From Octopus bimaculoides (lineage: Eukaryota): 64,000 bases of DNA. Of this stretch, positions 63,976 to 64,000 are shown one piece after another. Location: the NCBI RefSeq assembly GCF_001194135.2, contig NC_068989.1:9594223-9658222 (forward strand). Reading direction: 5' to 3'. Every line of letters begins with the position of its first letter. Position 1 is the first letter of the stretch. The translations under genes were made by a program, and so were the position numbers. Under the pieces are notes generated by a model. The model had not been told where the DNA came from and searched no databases. It saw nothing but the letters and a program-made list of their open reading frames with translations.

Positions 63976-64000
63976 AAATTAATCATAATACTTGACTGGC

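Overview
AT-rich, microsatellite- and SINE-dense animal DNA with several N gaps. The repeat families and overall style look like an octopus/coleoid cephalopod scaffold (inference). The only gene I can support is the 3' end of a misshapen/MAP4K4/TNIK/MINK1-family kinase on the minus strand. Four spliced exons (43187-43265, 36075-36155, 28580-28719, 26429-26512) join in frame to give 127 aa of the C-terminal CNH domain plus the stop codon. All are absent or only partly present in the ORF track. The rest is intron, probable 3'UTR and transposon debris: several tRNA-derived SINE families, RTE-type tails, and RTE, R4/Dong, Gypsy, mariner and Penelope fragments plus hAT/piggyBac-like MITEs. The most notable observations: (1) minimal hammerhead-ribozyme motifs from four different Penelope-type repeat tails. 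One belongs to a complete tRNA-headed, hammerhead-tailed element with an inverted 5' duplication and an 11-bp TSD. (2) A near-perfect intronic inverted repeat with ~430-bp arms and a clean template-switch signature. (3) A candidate restorative A-to-I recoding site and a candidate poison microexon in the kinase gene. (4) A Dong-like LINE end inserted into a (TAA)n tract. Everything was read by eye. Repeat boundaries are approximate and family names need database confirmation.
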